Of a stretch of DNA of 55,683 nucleotides, positions 26,262-34,650 are shown one piece after another. The notes beneath the pieces were generated by a model. It did not search any database and was not told the origin of the DNA. It was given only the letters and a program-made list of their open reading frames with translations. The stretch comes from Prorocentrum cordatum (Eukaryota): assembly GCA_963575745.1 (NCBI GenBank), contig CAUYUJ010000143.1, forward strand, positions 62,001 to 117,683, written 5' to 3'. The translations under genes were made by a program, and so were the position numbers. Every line of letters begins with the position of its first letter. The stretch's first letter is position 1.

Positions 26262-29200
26262 CTATCGACGCATTGCGGCGAGAGCGGCAGCTCGTACATC
26301 GTAGTGGTAAGAAGGCGTCGCCGACCTCCTTGGGTGGGAGGCCAGGTCAGCCTTCAGCTTATGATAGATATGGAAGCTGAGGACGACCACGCGATGGCAA
26401 CGTACGCGTGGGCATTCGGCTTCAGCATCGGGCGAGGGCCCGAGCCCGAGGCGAGTGAGGGGACAGGAAGGAAGGAAGCCTCGGGGAAGAGCAAGGAGGT
26501 GAAGGAGGCGGGGGCACGAGATGTAATGGGCGAAATCATCGGCGGCATCGGCGCAGCCGAGGAGGCACTGACGGGGTGGCTCACACGGGATGCGGGCCGC
26601 CGTGGTCCACGCCCCCGCCAGAGTTTTGATGTGGGCCCAAGCCCAGGATGGGGGACTCCGAACGAGGATTCCTCGGAGCGCCTCCCAGCGACTGGTGAGT
26701 TCGGCAAAGGGGAGAGGAGGAGCAAGGGGGAACCAAGAGGAGATACGACGGGCGAGAAGAGAGGGAAAAGAGTCAGGATACAGGGACGCATGGAGACTCA
26801 GAGAGATGGCTCGCTGGGGTCTCGACCGTCTGGCAGTGGCGGCGGCGTCAGCAATCTCGTGCCGTGCGGTGGCCTCTGCGCGATGCCAGGCGGCTCGGGC
26901 GATCCCAGGTGGACCGCCGAGCATCACATCCTCAAAATATTCTGCGATGGAGAGCGGGCGTCGCCACACAGCGCTCGAGAGACCGCGGGAGCCCAGCGCG
27001 CCGAGCGGTCCGTGCATTTCAGCCTGGACCCGAAGGAGCGAGAGGGCCTGGCTCCAGCCCCTTGGGCCGTCCTTGGAGAGGGTGCACGCAGCGGTCCTCC
27101 AGACGGAGGCTCCAGCCAGGACACGCACGGGCCTGGGGACCGAGGATCGGAGCCAGGAGCCGAGACCCAAGAGCTCCCCCAGGCCGAAGGCATTCGGGGG
27201 GAGGCGGAGGAGGCGGTGGAGGACGTGGCGCTCGGAGCGAAGGAGGGCGAGGGGAGGGGGAAAGAGCTGGCAGACATAGCTCAGGACAGAGAGGATGCCA
27301 AAGTTGTAAATTCGGCAGCTTGCCTCTGCAGGGGTCCGGCTCTGTGCAACCTCTGTCGTGCGTCTCTGCCACTTGCGAATAGGGTCGGCCCACTGGTCCG
27401 AGAGAGTTGCCCCAGGACCGAAAGCAAACCCCAGGAACGGCGTGGACCCGCGAACATGGAAGGAGGCCCACTCTGGAGCCAGGTCAGTTATCTTCGCACT
27501 CACGCGAGCCGCAGCGCAGGGCGTGCATTCAACTGCCAGCGGGACAGCACAACATTTGTCCGGCTGGAGCTCAAGATTGGCTAGAGTGCGGGCGGCGGTG
27601 AAGGGTGGAATGAGCAGGGGGAGGAGCCGAATCGAAGGGAGAGTGGCACCGACATCATCCGCCGTCACACCGCACTCAGGCTCTAGTCTTGGACACCAGC
27701 GTTCGGGTCTCGGGCAGAGGGCCAGCGCCTCGGGCGACGACAGTTGAGACTGGATGTGGCGGGCAAAGGGATCCATTGAGAGGGCCCAGATAGTGCCAGA
27801 GAGGGGGCATCCCTGGGCCACGCCAGACGTCACCAGGAAGAGAGGGCGGCGGGATGCTCCACATCGGGAGTGGGCGAGAGCCCCAGAGTACAAGGCAGAG
27901 ATCACATTAAGGAAGCCCTTCGGGATGCGGTGACGCTCGAGCACACGCCAGAGGAAGGGCTGGGAGAGAGAGGGAAACGCGGCCCTGAGGTCAAAGGAGA
28001 CGAAGAGGGGGGACAGCTCAGGGTGGTGGCTGGCAGCGCGAGCGACCGCGTCCTGACGGACGACGTGAGACAGGAAGTTCCGCCCGCGCACGAAGCCTTG
28101 CTGGCTCTCGTGCACTCTTGCGGCCACTAGCGGGGCAAGCACATGATTCGCTGCACTAGCCACCGCCTTGGCGTCACAATTCTTGAGACTCAGAGGGCGA
28201 AGCTTCGACGCATGGCGGACCACCTCAACGGAGTCCGAGGGCTCGTCACCCTTGGGAACGAAGACCATGTCTGCGAAGTTGAAGCCGTGCGGCGCACCCC
28301 TGCCCTGGTACAGGCCGATCATCATGTCATAGAGGATGTCCACCAATCTTGGATCCGCCAACCAGGCGGCCGCAGGGAGCCGGTCAGGTCCAGGTGCAGT
28401 GGGCTTGGCGCGAAGCAGCGCAGCGCGCAGAGCAGTTGGCGAAGGAACCTCCAAAGCGGGGCTGTCGAACTCAGGAAGATGAGTGCGCAGGTAATCGTCA
28501 ACCGCATTGATGTCAACTGGGCGATCGGTGAACGTGGGCTGCCAGTGCTGACGTAGGCCATCCATGATCATGGTCGGGTGACGCTCGATGCCCGCCTGGT
28601 GTCCCTCGCCGTCCATGCGGAGACCCTTGAGCACCAGCCGCCGACGGTATGGTATCCAAAGGAGGGCGCGCCGTTGAGCAGCTCGCTGTATCTTCCGCAG
28701 CTGCTGGATGGTGGGGTCACCCGCATCAAGCTGTAGTTGAGCATGTTCGCGGAGTCTGGCAGCTGCTGCAGCTTGCTGTTGTTCGTGCCAGGCAAGATGA
28801 AGGTCCATGCACTCTCGTTCAAATGCAGGGGGATTGGTCAGCAGGATGCGGTTGTCGCCATCGATGGTGAGGTGCAGGCGGCCCATGGCAGTGGAGTGGA
28901 TCAGCTTGTGCGCAAGGTGCGCGTCCTGCCTCCATATGGCTCTGGCAATCGCACGTGTCGATATTCTGCGACCCTCAAGAGCGTCAGCGTGGCCATCGCC
29001 GATGGGGAGGGCCTGGAGCTCATTGCGGGTGATGCGAGCAGCTTCGATCATCTGCAGCTTCACCTCAGTCCATCGGTTCTCCTCTGCTATGTTCGTGAAG
29101 TCGGAGTGGTTGAGCAGGTTGGTGATGTGCTTGGCGAACCGTGGCGAGTTGAAGACGCTCTGGGGGATCGCGCGATCGTCAGGGGCCGCTGCAGCACGGG

Positions 29201-31787
29201 GCTGGATCCGCAGCTGGATGATGGCATGATCGCTGAGGCCCCAGTCCGCCAGGGAGGTCGCCTCCTGCCAGATCTCGAATGTGACGGAGGTGTCCAAGAG
29301 GAAGTGCGACTTCAGAGAGATGAAGGCCCTGTCGATGAACGTGCACGACTGGTGGCGCTTGGAGTAGTGGATGGGAAGCTCGGACACGATCTCCACCATG
29401 TCGCGTTGGAAGAGACTGCGCCAGAAGCTCTGTGCTTGGTTGCCACGGTGCCAGACCGATCGGCTGTTGCCACCAGCTCGTCGGTAGTCACCCTTAGCCA
29501 ACTCTGATGAAGAATCCGAGGAGGAGGATTGCGAAGAGGAAGACGAAGATGAGGAAGAGGTAGTAGGAGCTCTCCGTCGCCGAGAACCCCGTGTTGGTGC
29601 CGAAGTGGAGGTCGCGCTCGGGGAAGAAAGGTGCACCGGCTCGATGTCAGCAATGTTGAAGTCCCCGATGGCGATGAAAATACGGTGTCGTTCGTCACTT
29701 TGCGCCCATGCAGCTCCGTCGAGCCAGCAATGGCGCACCAGAGGAAGTTTGGCTGCAGGCAGCTCATGGTTGTGGATGTTCATGATCTTGATGTGCTCGT
29801 TGTTAGTCAGATTGCTGATGGTGAGGACTGCGACGCGACCATCGATCACGGAGTCCAGGGAGAGGGAAGGGAGCATCTGAGGGTCCAGCGTCGCGAGCTC
29901 CGCCTCAGAGAACCATGGAACCAGGAAGGCAACGCCGCCAGCCCCAGGGGAGGCACCCGCGGACATGACGGCACGGTAATGGTAGGGCGTCTGGTTCAGC
30001 AGCGTCTGCAGCCTGATCTCGGACCCGTGCGCCTCCTGGACGACAATCAGCATGCGCATCTGAAGAAGCTTGCAGAGCCGTTGCATCTTGTTGTTGCGTC
30101 GATGAGCACGCTGGCAGAGATGCCCTTGGGCGTTCCATGATGCAATACGGAGCGCCTGAGTGGTGCTGGGGCCCTGGCCCTGGGGAGCAGCCAACTCCCA
30201 GGGCGTCCAGCGTGGGCTAGGAACAAGACCAAGTGGAGGTGTCGACCTCCGTGTTGAAGGTGGTGGCCTCGCAGAATTGGTCGATGATCTTCTGCCGCTC
30301 GTCGTCGCTGATGTAGCGTGTGGTCTCGGGGTGCCAATATATGCGCGAGGGCTCGTGGAAGCCCTGTGGGACGACCTCAATGATGGGCACTGCGTTGACG
30401 CTGATGATACCCTTCGGGCGGATGGCGGTCCAGTCGCGGTGGTTCGAAGCGAAGGACTGCTGCAACAAGGAGAGGAGCCTCTTGGTGTGCATCTCTCGGC
30501 GGATCTGGCGAGGGGCTTTGTCGGCACCCACGTGGAGTGGCACCAGTCGCCCGTCAGGTGTCTTGACTTGGAAGGATCTCCAGGAGCCTCCAGGGAGTCG
30601 CAGCGCGCGTGCCAGTGCAAGGGCGCGGGCACCACCAACTCCAGCATCTCCCCGAACTCGCAGGAAGAAACGCTTGGAGGGGACCTCCGCGCCGCCGACC
30701 AGCTCCAAATATTCGGGCGCCACTGTGGAGGCGCCAAACCATTCTGAAAGGCTAGCCAAGACCGCATTCTTGGCCACCATTGAGCTGCAGTTGGCGGAGA
30801 ATAGAAGTGGGTCAGCCTCACGGTCATACTCGGCCAGCTTGGCCAGGTCGGTCGCTGGGAGGGCCTTCTCCGCCATGGCGAGCTGTTCACGGATCTCGCC
30901 AATCTGCTTGCGGAGGACGACGTTGCTCTGCTCCAAATCAGACTGGCGACGCTTGAGCTGGTGGATCTCATTCGACTGGTGGGCCACATTCTTGAGCACG
31001 GGGTCGATATAGCCAGCCATGGCGCCCACCAATTCCTTGTGGGCGGTGGCCAGAGACTGCGTGCAGATGCTGTTGAGCTGGGTGACCGTGGAGTCCATGC
31101 GGGCCTGGACCAGCTCCAAGAGACTGTCCTGGATAGAGCTTGGCGACCCGCTTGCTCCAGCAGCAGGCGCACAGGGCGTGTCGGTCCCGCCGACTGGTGT
31201 GGCCGTGTCCTCCTGCGTCTCCAGCACCTGGAAGTCGCGCTCGATGTCACGCAGCTCTTGGGTGGAGAACTGTGGCCCCGTTGCCGCTGCACCCCGCCAG
31301 GGATCGCATGTCTGGAGGGCATCTGGGGCAGGGGGGGCCACAGCCGCCGCGCCGGCTGGCGCCGAGGCGCTAGAGCTGCTGCTCGCTCCAGCCCACTGCG
31401 GCGGGGCTGCCAGGCTGCCAGGTCCGTCGCCGCGTCGCAGGCGATCACGTTCACTACGTTCACGATGGGCGGGGGCGCGCGTGGATGGCGGAGCAGGGCG
31501 GTCGGCAGGGCCTCTGCCAATGTCAGCCCAGGCCTTGCGTCGAGCGCGACGGCGCGGGCGGTCCTCGCCCCCGCTGCGGCTGTGCTCGTCACGGCCCCCA
31601 CGATCATCAGAAGAGCTGCCAGAGCCATCCGAGGCCATGCGAAAAAACAAAGTCGTGACTGAGGAGAAAGATTCGTGTTGGCGATGGTGTGGGGCACTCG
31701 CCCAGAAGGGGGAGCTCCAGCAGCCTGTGGTGTCGGGCCGCTGCTGGGAGCCCCCCGAAGCTGACCTGGCCAGCTGCCTCGGGACAT
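26262..31787 (-). CDS. LINE ORF2 polyprotein: APE endonuclease (~30152-29210), reverse transcriptase (~28410-27420) and C-terminal CCHC zinc finger (~26570-26515); true start uncertain
   Basis: APE motifs: LRIASWNAQG, VQEAHG, GGVAFLV, DGRV, IAIGDFN, FIDRAF, LSDHAII. RT motifs: TAPGPDRLP, LRPLSLKNCDAK, QQGFVRGR, FDLRAAFPSL, SGVAQGCPLSG, TADD, FLGFAFG. Finger: CLLGC-x8-H-x3-C. Stop TAG at 26264-26262. Confidence 0.93.
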   Translation of the reverse strand: MSRGSWPGQLRGAPSSGPTPQAAGAPPSGRVPHTIANTNLSPQSRLCFFAWPRMALAALLMIVGAVTSTAAAGARTARAVALDARPGLTLAEALPTALLRHPRAPPPIVNVVNVIACDAATDLAAWQPRRSGLERAAALAPRRQPARRLWPPLPQMPSRHAIPGGVQRQRGHSSPPKSCVTSSATSRCWRRRRTRPHQSAGPTRPVRLLLEQAGRQALSRTVSWSWSRPAWTPRSPSSTASARSLWPPPTRNWWAPWLAISTPCSRMWPTSRMRSTSSSVASLIWSRATSSSASRLARSVNSSPWRRRPSQRPTWPSWPSMTVRLTHFYSPPTAAQWWPRMRSWLAFQNGLAPPQWRPNIWSWSAARRSPPSVSSCEFGEMLELVVPAPLHWHARCDSLEAPGDPSKSRHLTGDWCHSTWVPTKPLARSAERCTPRGSSPCCSSPSLRTTATGPPSARRVSSASTQCPSLRSSHRASTSPRAYIGTPRPHATSATTSGRRSSTNSARPPPSTRRSTPPLGLVPSPRWTPWELAAPQGQGPSTTQALRIASWNAQGHLCQRAHRRNNKMQRLCKLLQMRMLIVVQEAHGSEIRLQTLLNQTPYHYRAVMSAGASPGAGGVAFLVPWFSEAELATLDPQMLPSLSLDSVIDGRVAVLTISNLTNNEHIKIMNIHNHELPAAKLPLVRHCWLDGAAWAQSDERHRIFIAIGDFNIADIEPVHLSSPSATSTSAPTRGSRRRRAPTTSSSSSSSSSQSSSSDSSSELAKGDYRRAGGNSRSVWHRGNQAQSFWRSLFQRDMVEIVSELPIHYSKRHQSCTFIDRAFISLKSHFLLDTSVTFEIWQEATSLADWGLSDHAIIQLRIQPRAAAAPDDRAIPQSVFNSPRFAKHITNLLNHSDFTNIAEENRWTEVKLQMIEAARITRNELQALPIGDGHADALEGRRISTRAIARAIWRQDAHLAHKLIHSTAMGRLHLTIDGDNRILLTNPPAFERECMDLHLAWHEQQQAAAAARLREHAQLQLDAGDPTIQQLRKIQRAAQRRALLWIPYRRRLVLKGLRMDGEGHQAGIERHPTMIMDGLRQHWQPTFTDRPVDINAVDDYLRTHLPEFDSPALEVPSPTALRAALLRAKPTAPGPDRLPAAAWLADPRLVDILYDMMIGLYQGRGAPHGFNFADMVFVPKGDEPSDSVEVVRHASKLRPLSLKNCDAKAVASAANHVLAPLVAARVHESQQGFVRGRNFLSHVVRQDAVARAASHHPELSPLFVSFDLRAAFPSLSQPFLWRVLERHRIPKGFLNVISALYSGALAHSRCGASRRPLFLVTSGVAQGCPLSGTIWALSMDPFARHIQSQLSSPEALALCPRPERWCPRLEPECGVTADDVGATLPSIRLLPLLIPPFTAARTLANLELQPDKCCAVPLAVECTPCAAARVSAKITDLAPEWASFHVRGSTPFLGFAFGPGATLSDQWADPIRKWQRRTTEVAQSRTPAEASCRIYNFGILSVLSYVCQLFPPPLALLRSERHVLHRLLRLPPNAFGLGELLGLGSWLRSSVPRPVRVLAGASVWRTAACTLSKDGPRGWSQALSLLRVQAEMHGPLGALGSRGLSSAVWRRPLSIAEYFEDVMLGGPPGIARAAWHRAEATARHEIADAAATARRSRPQRAISLSLHASLYPDSFPSLLARRISSWFPLAPPLPFAELTSRWEALRGILVRSPPSWAWAHIKTLAGAWTTAARIPCEPPRQCLLGCADAADDFAHYISCPRLLHLLALPRGFLPSCPLTRLGLGPSPDAEAECPRVRCHRVVVLSFHIYHKLKADLASHPRRSATPSYHYDVRAAALAAMRR
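30217..31638 (-). CDS. LINE ORF1-like protein (473 aa from MASDGSG): disordered N-terminus, central coiled coil, globular C-terminal region
   Basis: ATG at 31638. Heptad-like segment LKNVAHQSNEIHQLKRRQSDLEQSNVVLRKQIGEIREQLAMAEK. Normal protein-like composition. Ends just upstream of the APE domain, the usual ORF1 position. Confidence 0.8.
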   Translation of the reverse strand: MASDGSGSSSDDRGGRDEHSRSGGEDRPRRRARRKAWADIGRGPADRPAPPSTRAPAHRERSERDRLRRGDGPGSLAAPPQWAGASSSSSASAPAGAAAVAPPAPDALQTCDPWRGAAATGPQFSTQELRDIERDFQVLETQEDTATPVGGTDTPCAPAAGASGSPSSIQDSLLELVQARMDSTVTQLNSICTQSLATAHKELVGAMAGYIDPVLKNVAHQSNEIHQLKRRQSDLEQSNVVLRKQIGEIREQLAMAEKALPATDLAKLAEYDREADPLLFSANCSSMVAKNAVLASLSEWFGASTVAPEYLELVGGAEVPSKRFFLRVRGDAGVGGARALALARALRLPGGSWRSFQVKTPDGRLVPLHVGADKAPRQIRREMHTKRLLSLLQQSFASNHRDWTAIRPKGIISVNAVPIIEVVPQGFHEPSRIYWHPETTRYISDDERQKIIDQFCEATTFNTEVDTSTWSCS

Positions 31788-31793
31788 GGATTA

Positions 31794-31815
31794 CTTGAGC
31801 CAAAATGGCTACGGA
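31794..31815 (-). other. Complete dinoflagellate spliced-leader sequence (retro-integrated)
   Basis: Reverse complement reads TCCGTAGCCATTTTGGCTCAAG, an exact match to the DinoSL consensus DCCGTAGCCATTTTGGCTCAAG. Confidence 0.97.
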
Positions 31816-32357
31816 GGAGGAGGAGGAGGAGGAGGAGGAGGACGAAGACGCGGAGGACGCGTGGCGGCCACTTGCAGCCCTCGAGCCTCAGCCTGCGGCC
31901 CTCGAGGAGGAGCCGAGGCCCCTTCGTACCCTGCGCCGGCGTCGGGCTCCAGCGGCCTCGGCCCGCTCGGAATCGGCCCCCGGGCCCTTCCATGGGGCCC
32001 ACCCTCCCTCTGAGGGGCAACGATAGGGGAGGGATAAGCACAGGGGGGGGACGCCTAGACCTGGAATCGGCGATGCGTCGTCGATAGATCGGCGATGGGC
32101 CTCCGATTGTGAATCCACACCCTCCCGGGCAGACTGGGGCCATCGGGCCACTATCGGCGATCCATGGGCGATTGGGGGTCGATGCATCGCCCCCCTGTGC
32201 CTATCCCCCCCTATCGTTGCCCCTGACCTGAGGCCCGGCGCTGCGAAGACGCGACGACATCGCGAAACGTCGCGACCGAAGCTCTGGACACAGTCTGCCT
32301 GCGGCACTTCTCGAGCCGGCTCGATCTGTGACGGCCCCGGGGCCCGAGCCCCTGGCG

Positions 32358-33232
32358 AAACCCCGCATCCTGCGCCCTCGAAGAGCGTGTGCAACTCAGG
32401 CGCTGTCTGACACGTGCTCCTGATGAAACCAGCGCCGCCTCCTGCTGGGCGCGGGGCGAGGACCTGGGGGGAGGAGGAGGATCGAGGGGAAGAGGGATCA
32501 TGATCGAGGAGGAGGAGGAGGAGGAGGAGGAGGAGGAGGAGGAGGAGGGGGAGGAGGAGGAGGAGAGGAGGAGGGAGGAGGAGGAGGAGGGAGGAGGGAG
32601 GAGGAGGAGGAGGAGGACGAGGAGGAGGGGAGGAGGAGGAGGAGAGGAGGAGGAGGAGGAGGAGGAGGGGGAGGAGCGAGGAGGGGAGGAGGAGGAGGAG
32701 GAGGGCCGAGGAGGAGGAGGGCCGAGGGGAAGATCTGGGTCTCCCCTTCTCCCGCCTTTCCGGGCGGCTCCGCCCCGAGGTCGCGAGCTCCAGGTGCCGT
32801 CGCAGACGGCTCCCTCGCGGAGGGGCCCTCTCGGCCTCCAGTTCTCGGCCTCGATCTTCCCCTCGGCCCTCCTCCTCCTCCTCCTCCTCCCCCCTCCTCC
32901 CACCTCCTCCATCCTCCTCCCTCCTCCTCCTCCTCCTCCTCTCTCCTCTCCCTCCTCCTCCTCCCTTCCTCCTCCTCCCCTCCTCCTCCTCCTCTCCTCC
33001 TCTCCTCCCCCCCTCCTCCTCCTCCCCCTCCTCCTCCTCCTCCTCCTCCTCCTCCTCCTCCTCCTCCTCCTCCTCCTCCTCCTCGATCATGATCCCTCTT
33101 CCCCTCGATCATCCTCCTCCCCCCAGGTCCTCGCCCCGCGCCCAGCAGGAGGCAGCGCTGGTTTCATCAGGAGCACGTGCCAGACAGCGCCTGAGTTGCA
33201 CACGCTCTTCGAGGGCGCAGGATGCGGGGTTT
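32358..33232. repeat. ~875-bp foldback (inverted duplication) with a ~115-bp spacer
   Basis: AAACCCCGCATCCTGCGCCCTCGAAGAG...GATCATGATCGAGG (32358-32510) is mirrored at 33080-33232. (GGA)n faces (CCT)n. Inner arms are GAGGGCCGAGGGGAAGATC and GATCTTCCCCTCGGCCCTC. Confidence 0.9.
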
Positions 33233-33480
33233 TGCCCTTGGGGGAGGCTCACCACTCCCCAGCACGCAGCACGGGCATGTCCCTGCGGCCAAAGGCGCCC
33301 GAACAGGACGGACACGTGCGGCGGAGACGGGGAGAAAGGAGGAGGAGGAGGATGCGGAGGAGAGGGAGGAAGAGAGGGAGGGAGGGATGGGAAGGAGAGG
33401 AGGATGAGGAGGAGGAAAAGGACGACAGGGAGGGAGAGGGAGAGGGTTGGGAAAGAGAGAAGGAGGAGGAGGAGGAGGAG

Positions 33481-33514
<34 letters not shown>

Positions 33515-33519
33515 AGGAC

Positions 33520-34380
33520 CAGCGTAAAACCAAAGGTCATCAACGATGTTGGAATTAAACCTCCCTCCAAGCTCCCTCCCCATAGGCCCCCACACTGGTT
33601 CATTTCCATTGAGGGAACTGCCTCGTTGGAAGACAACCGTTTGAAGATCCTGAAGCATGCGAAAACATTGTTCTCGAGATTTCAGCGCCACGTATCAACC
33701 TGACTGCTGCGTATTGACGATCCAGAATCGTCCCAGAGGGCCATGTTGTGGACTTCAACACCGCGCATCAACATAACTGCTGCACCTGGATAATCCTGAA
33801 TCCTTCCCCAAAACACCGTTCCTGGTACATTGATCATGGGAGTCCGTGAAAGCGTTGAAAATGTTGAAGACGATTGTGCGCGGCGCTAAGGCGAGAGCCA
33901 CATTGAAAAGAAACCGCCCTCAATCCGTGAAACTCTTGCACATGTTGAAAGCGAATGTGCGCGGCGCTAGGGCGAGAGCCACATGCTGAAAACGACCCGC
34001 CCTCAATCAGTGAAACTCTTGAAAAAATTGAAAAAGAATGTGCGCGGGGCTTAAGGCGAGAGCCACATGTCAAAAACGACCCGCCCTCAATCCGTGAAAC
34101 TCGTACAAAATTTTAAACAGAATGCGCGCGGCACTAAGGCGAGAGTCACATTTTGAAAACGACCCGCCCTCACTCCGTGAAACTCTTGCAAAGTGTTTGA
34201 AAGCGAATGCGTGCGGCGCTAAGGCGAGATCCACATTTTGAAAACCACCCGCCCTCCATCTGTGAAACTGTTGCCACTTTTCCAGCTTCAGAATCAGAAA
34301 TGGTGAGGAAGTCTCGGGCGGAACAACCGGCCCGCCCCAAAAACTGGCCTCGGGCTGCGACAGGGAGGAGCCATCTATCA
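33520..34380 (+). repeat. Dispersed repeat family with a ~78-bp internal tandem unit; related copies at 24530-24910, 53000-53250, 53660-54410 and 54545-54665
   Basis: CTGCCTCGTTGGAAGACAACCGTTTGAAGA is shared between 24622 and 33618. Tandem unit CCGCCCTCAATCCGTGAAACT...GCGCGGCGCTAAGGCGAGAGCCACATTTTGAAAACGAC. Confidence 0.85.
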
Positions 34381-34432
34381 GGAGAAGGAGGAGGAGGAGG
34401 AGGAGGAGGAGGAGGAGGACGACGACGACGAC

Positions 34433-34465
<33 letters not shown>

Positions 34466-34519
34466 ACCGAAGCTGACAAAAGACAATCGATCGGCGCGCG
34501 CCCACGCGGCGCCGTGCTG

Positions 34520-34650
34520 CCCCACGGGGCTCCTCGGCCAGCCATTCCGCCGCGGGCTCCGTGTCCCTGCCGTCGACCTTCGCGGCGCGGAGGTGCTCGG
34601 GCACGCTCCCGTGGCGGAGGTCGTAGACGACGCCGCCGTGCCTGCTGCTG
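34520..34650 (-). CDS. Candidate exon (RHGGVVYDLRHGSVPEHLRAAKVDGRDTEPAAEWLAEEP)
   Basis: GC3-rich, protein-like translation; boundaries approximate. Confidence 0.4.

Larger units (their letters stand above)
26218..31815 (-). mobile_element. Full-length non-LTR retrotransposon (APE-type LINE, L1/Tx1-like architecture) with a 5' dinoflagellate spliced leader, inserted in a (GGA/TCC)n microsatellite
   Basis: Uninterrupted APE-RT-CCHC ORF plus an upstream coiled-coil ORF. The 5' end coincides with a DinoSL (31794-31815). A ~45-nt 3' UTR runs into (TCC)n. (GGA)n tracts lie on both flanks (25973-26217 and 31813-31841). Confidence 0.95.

Noticed and set aside
26232..31798. Plus-strand ORFs overlapping the LINE (450, 256, 230 and 259 aa)
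   Set aside because: They are antisense shadows of GC-rich coding sequence with no motifs.
31760..31815. SL-RNA gene at the perfect DinoSL
   Set aside because: The SL is followed by TAATCC, not by the GT donor of an SL-RNA intron, and it leads directly into the LINE ORFs.
32345..32470. Hammerhead ribozyme near CTGATGA upstream of the LINE
   Set aside because: I could not build stem II closing onto a GAAA or a consistent three-helix junction.
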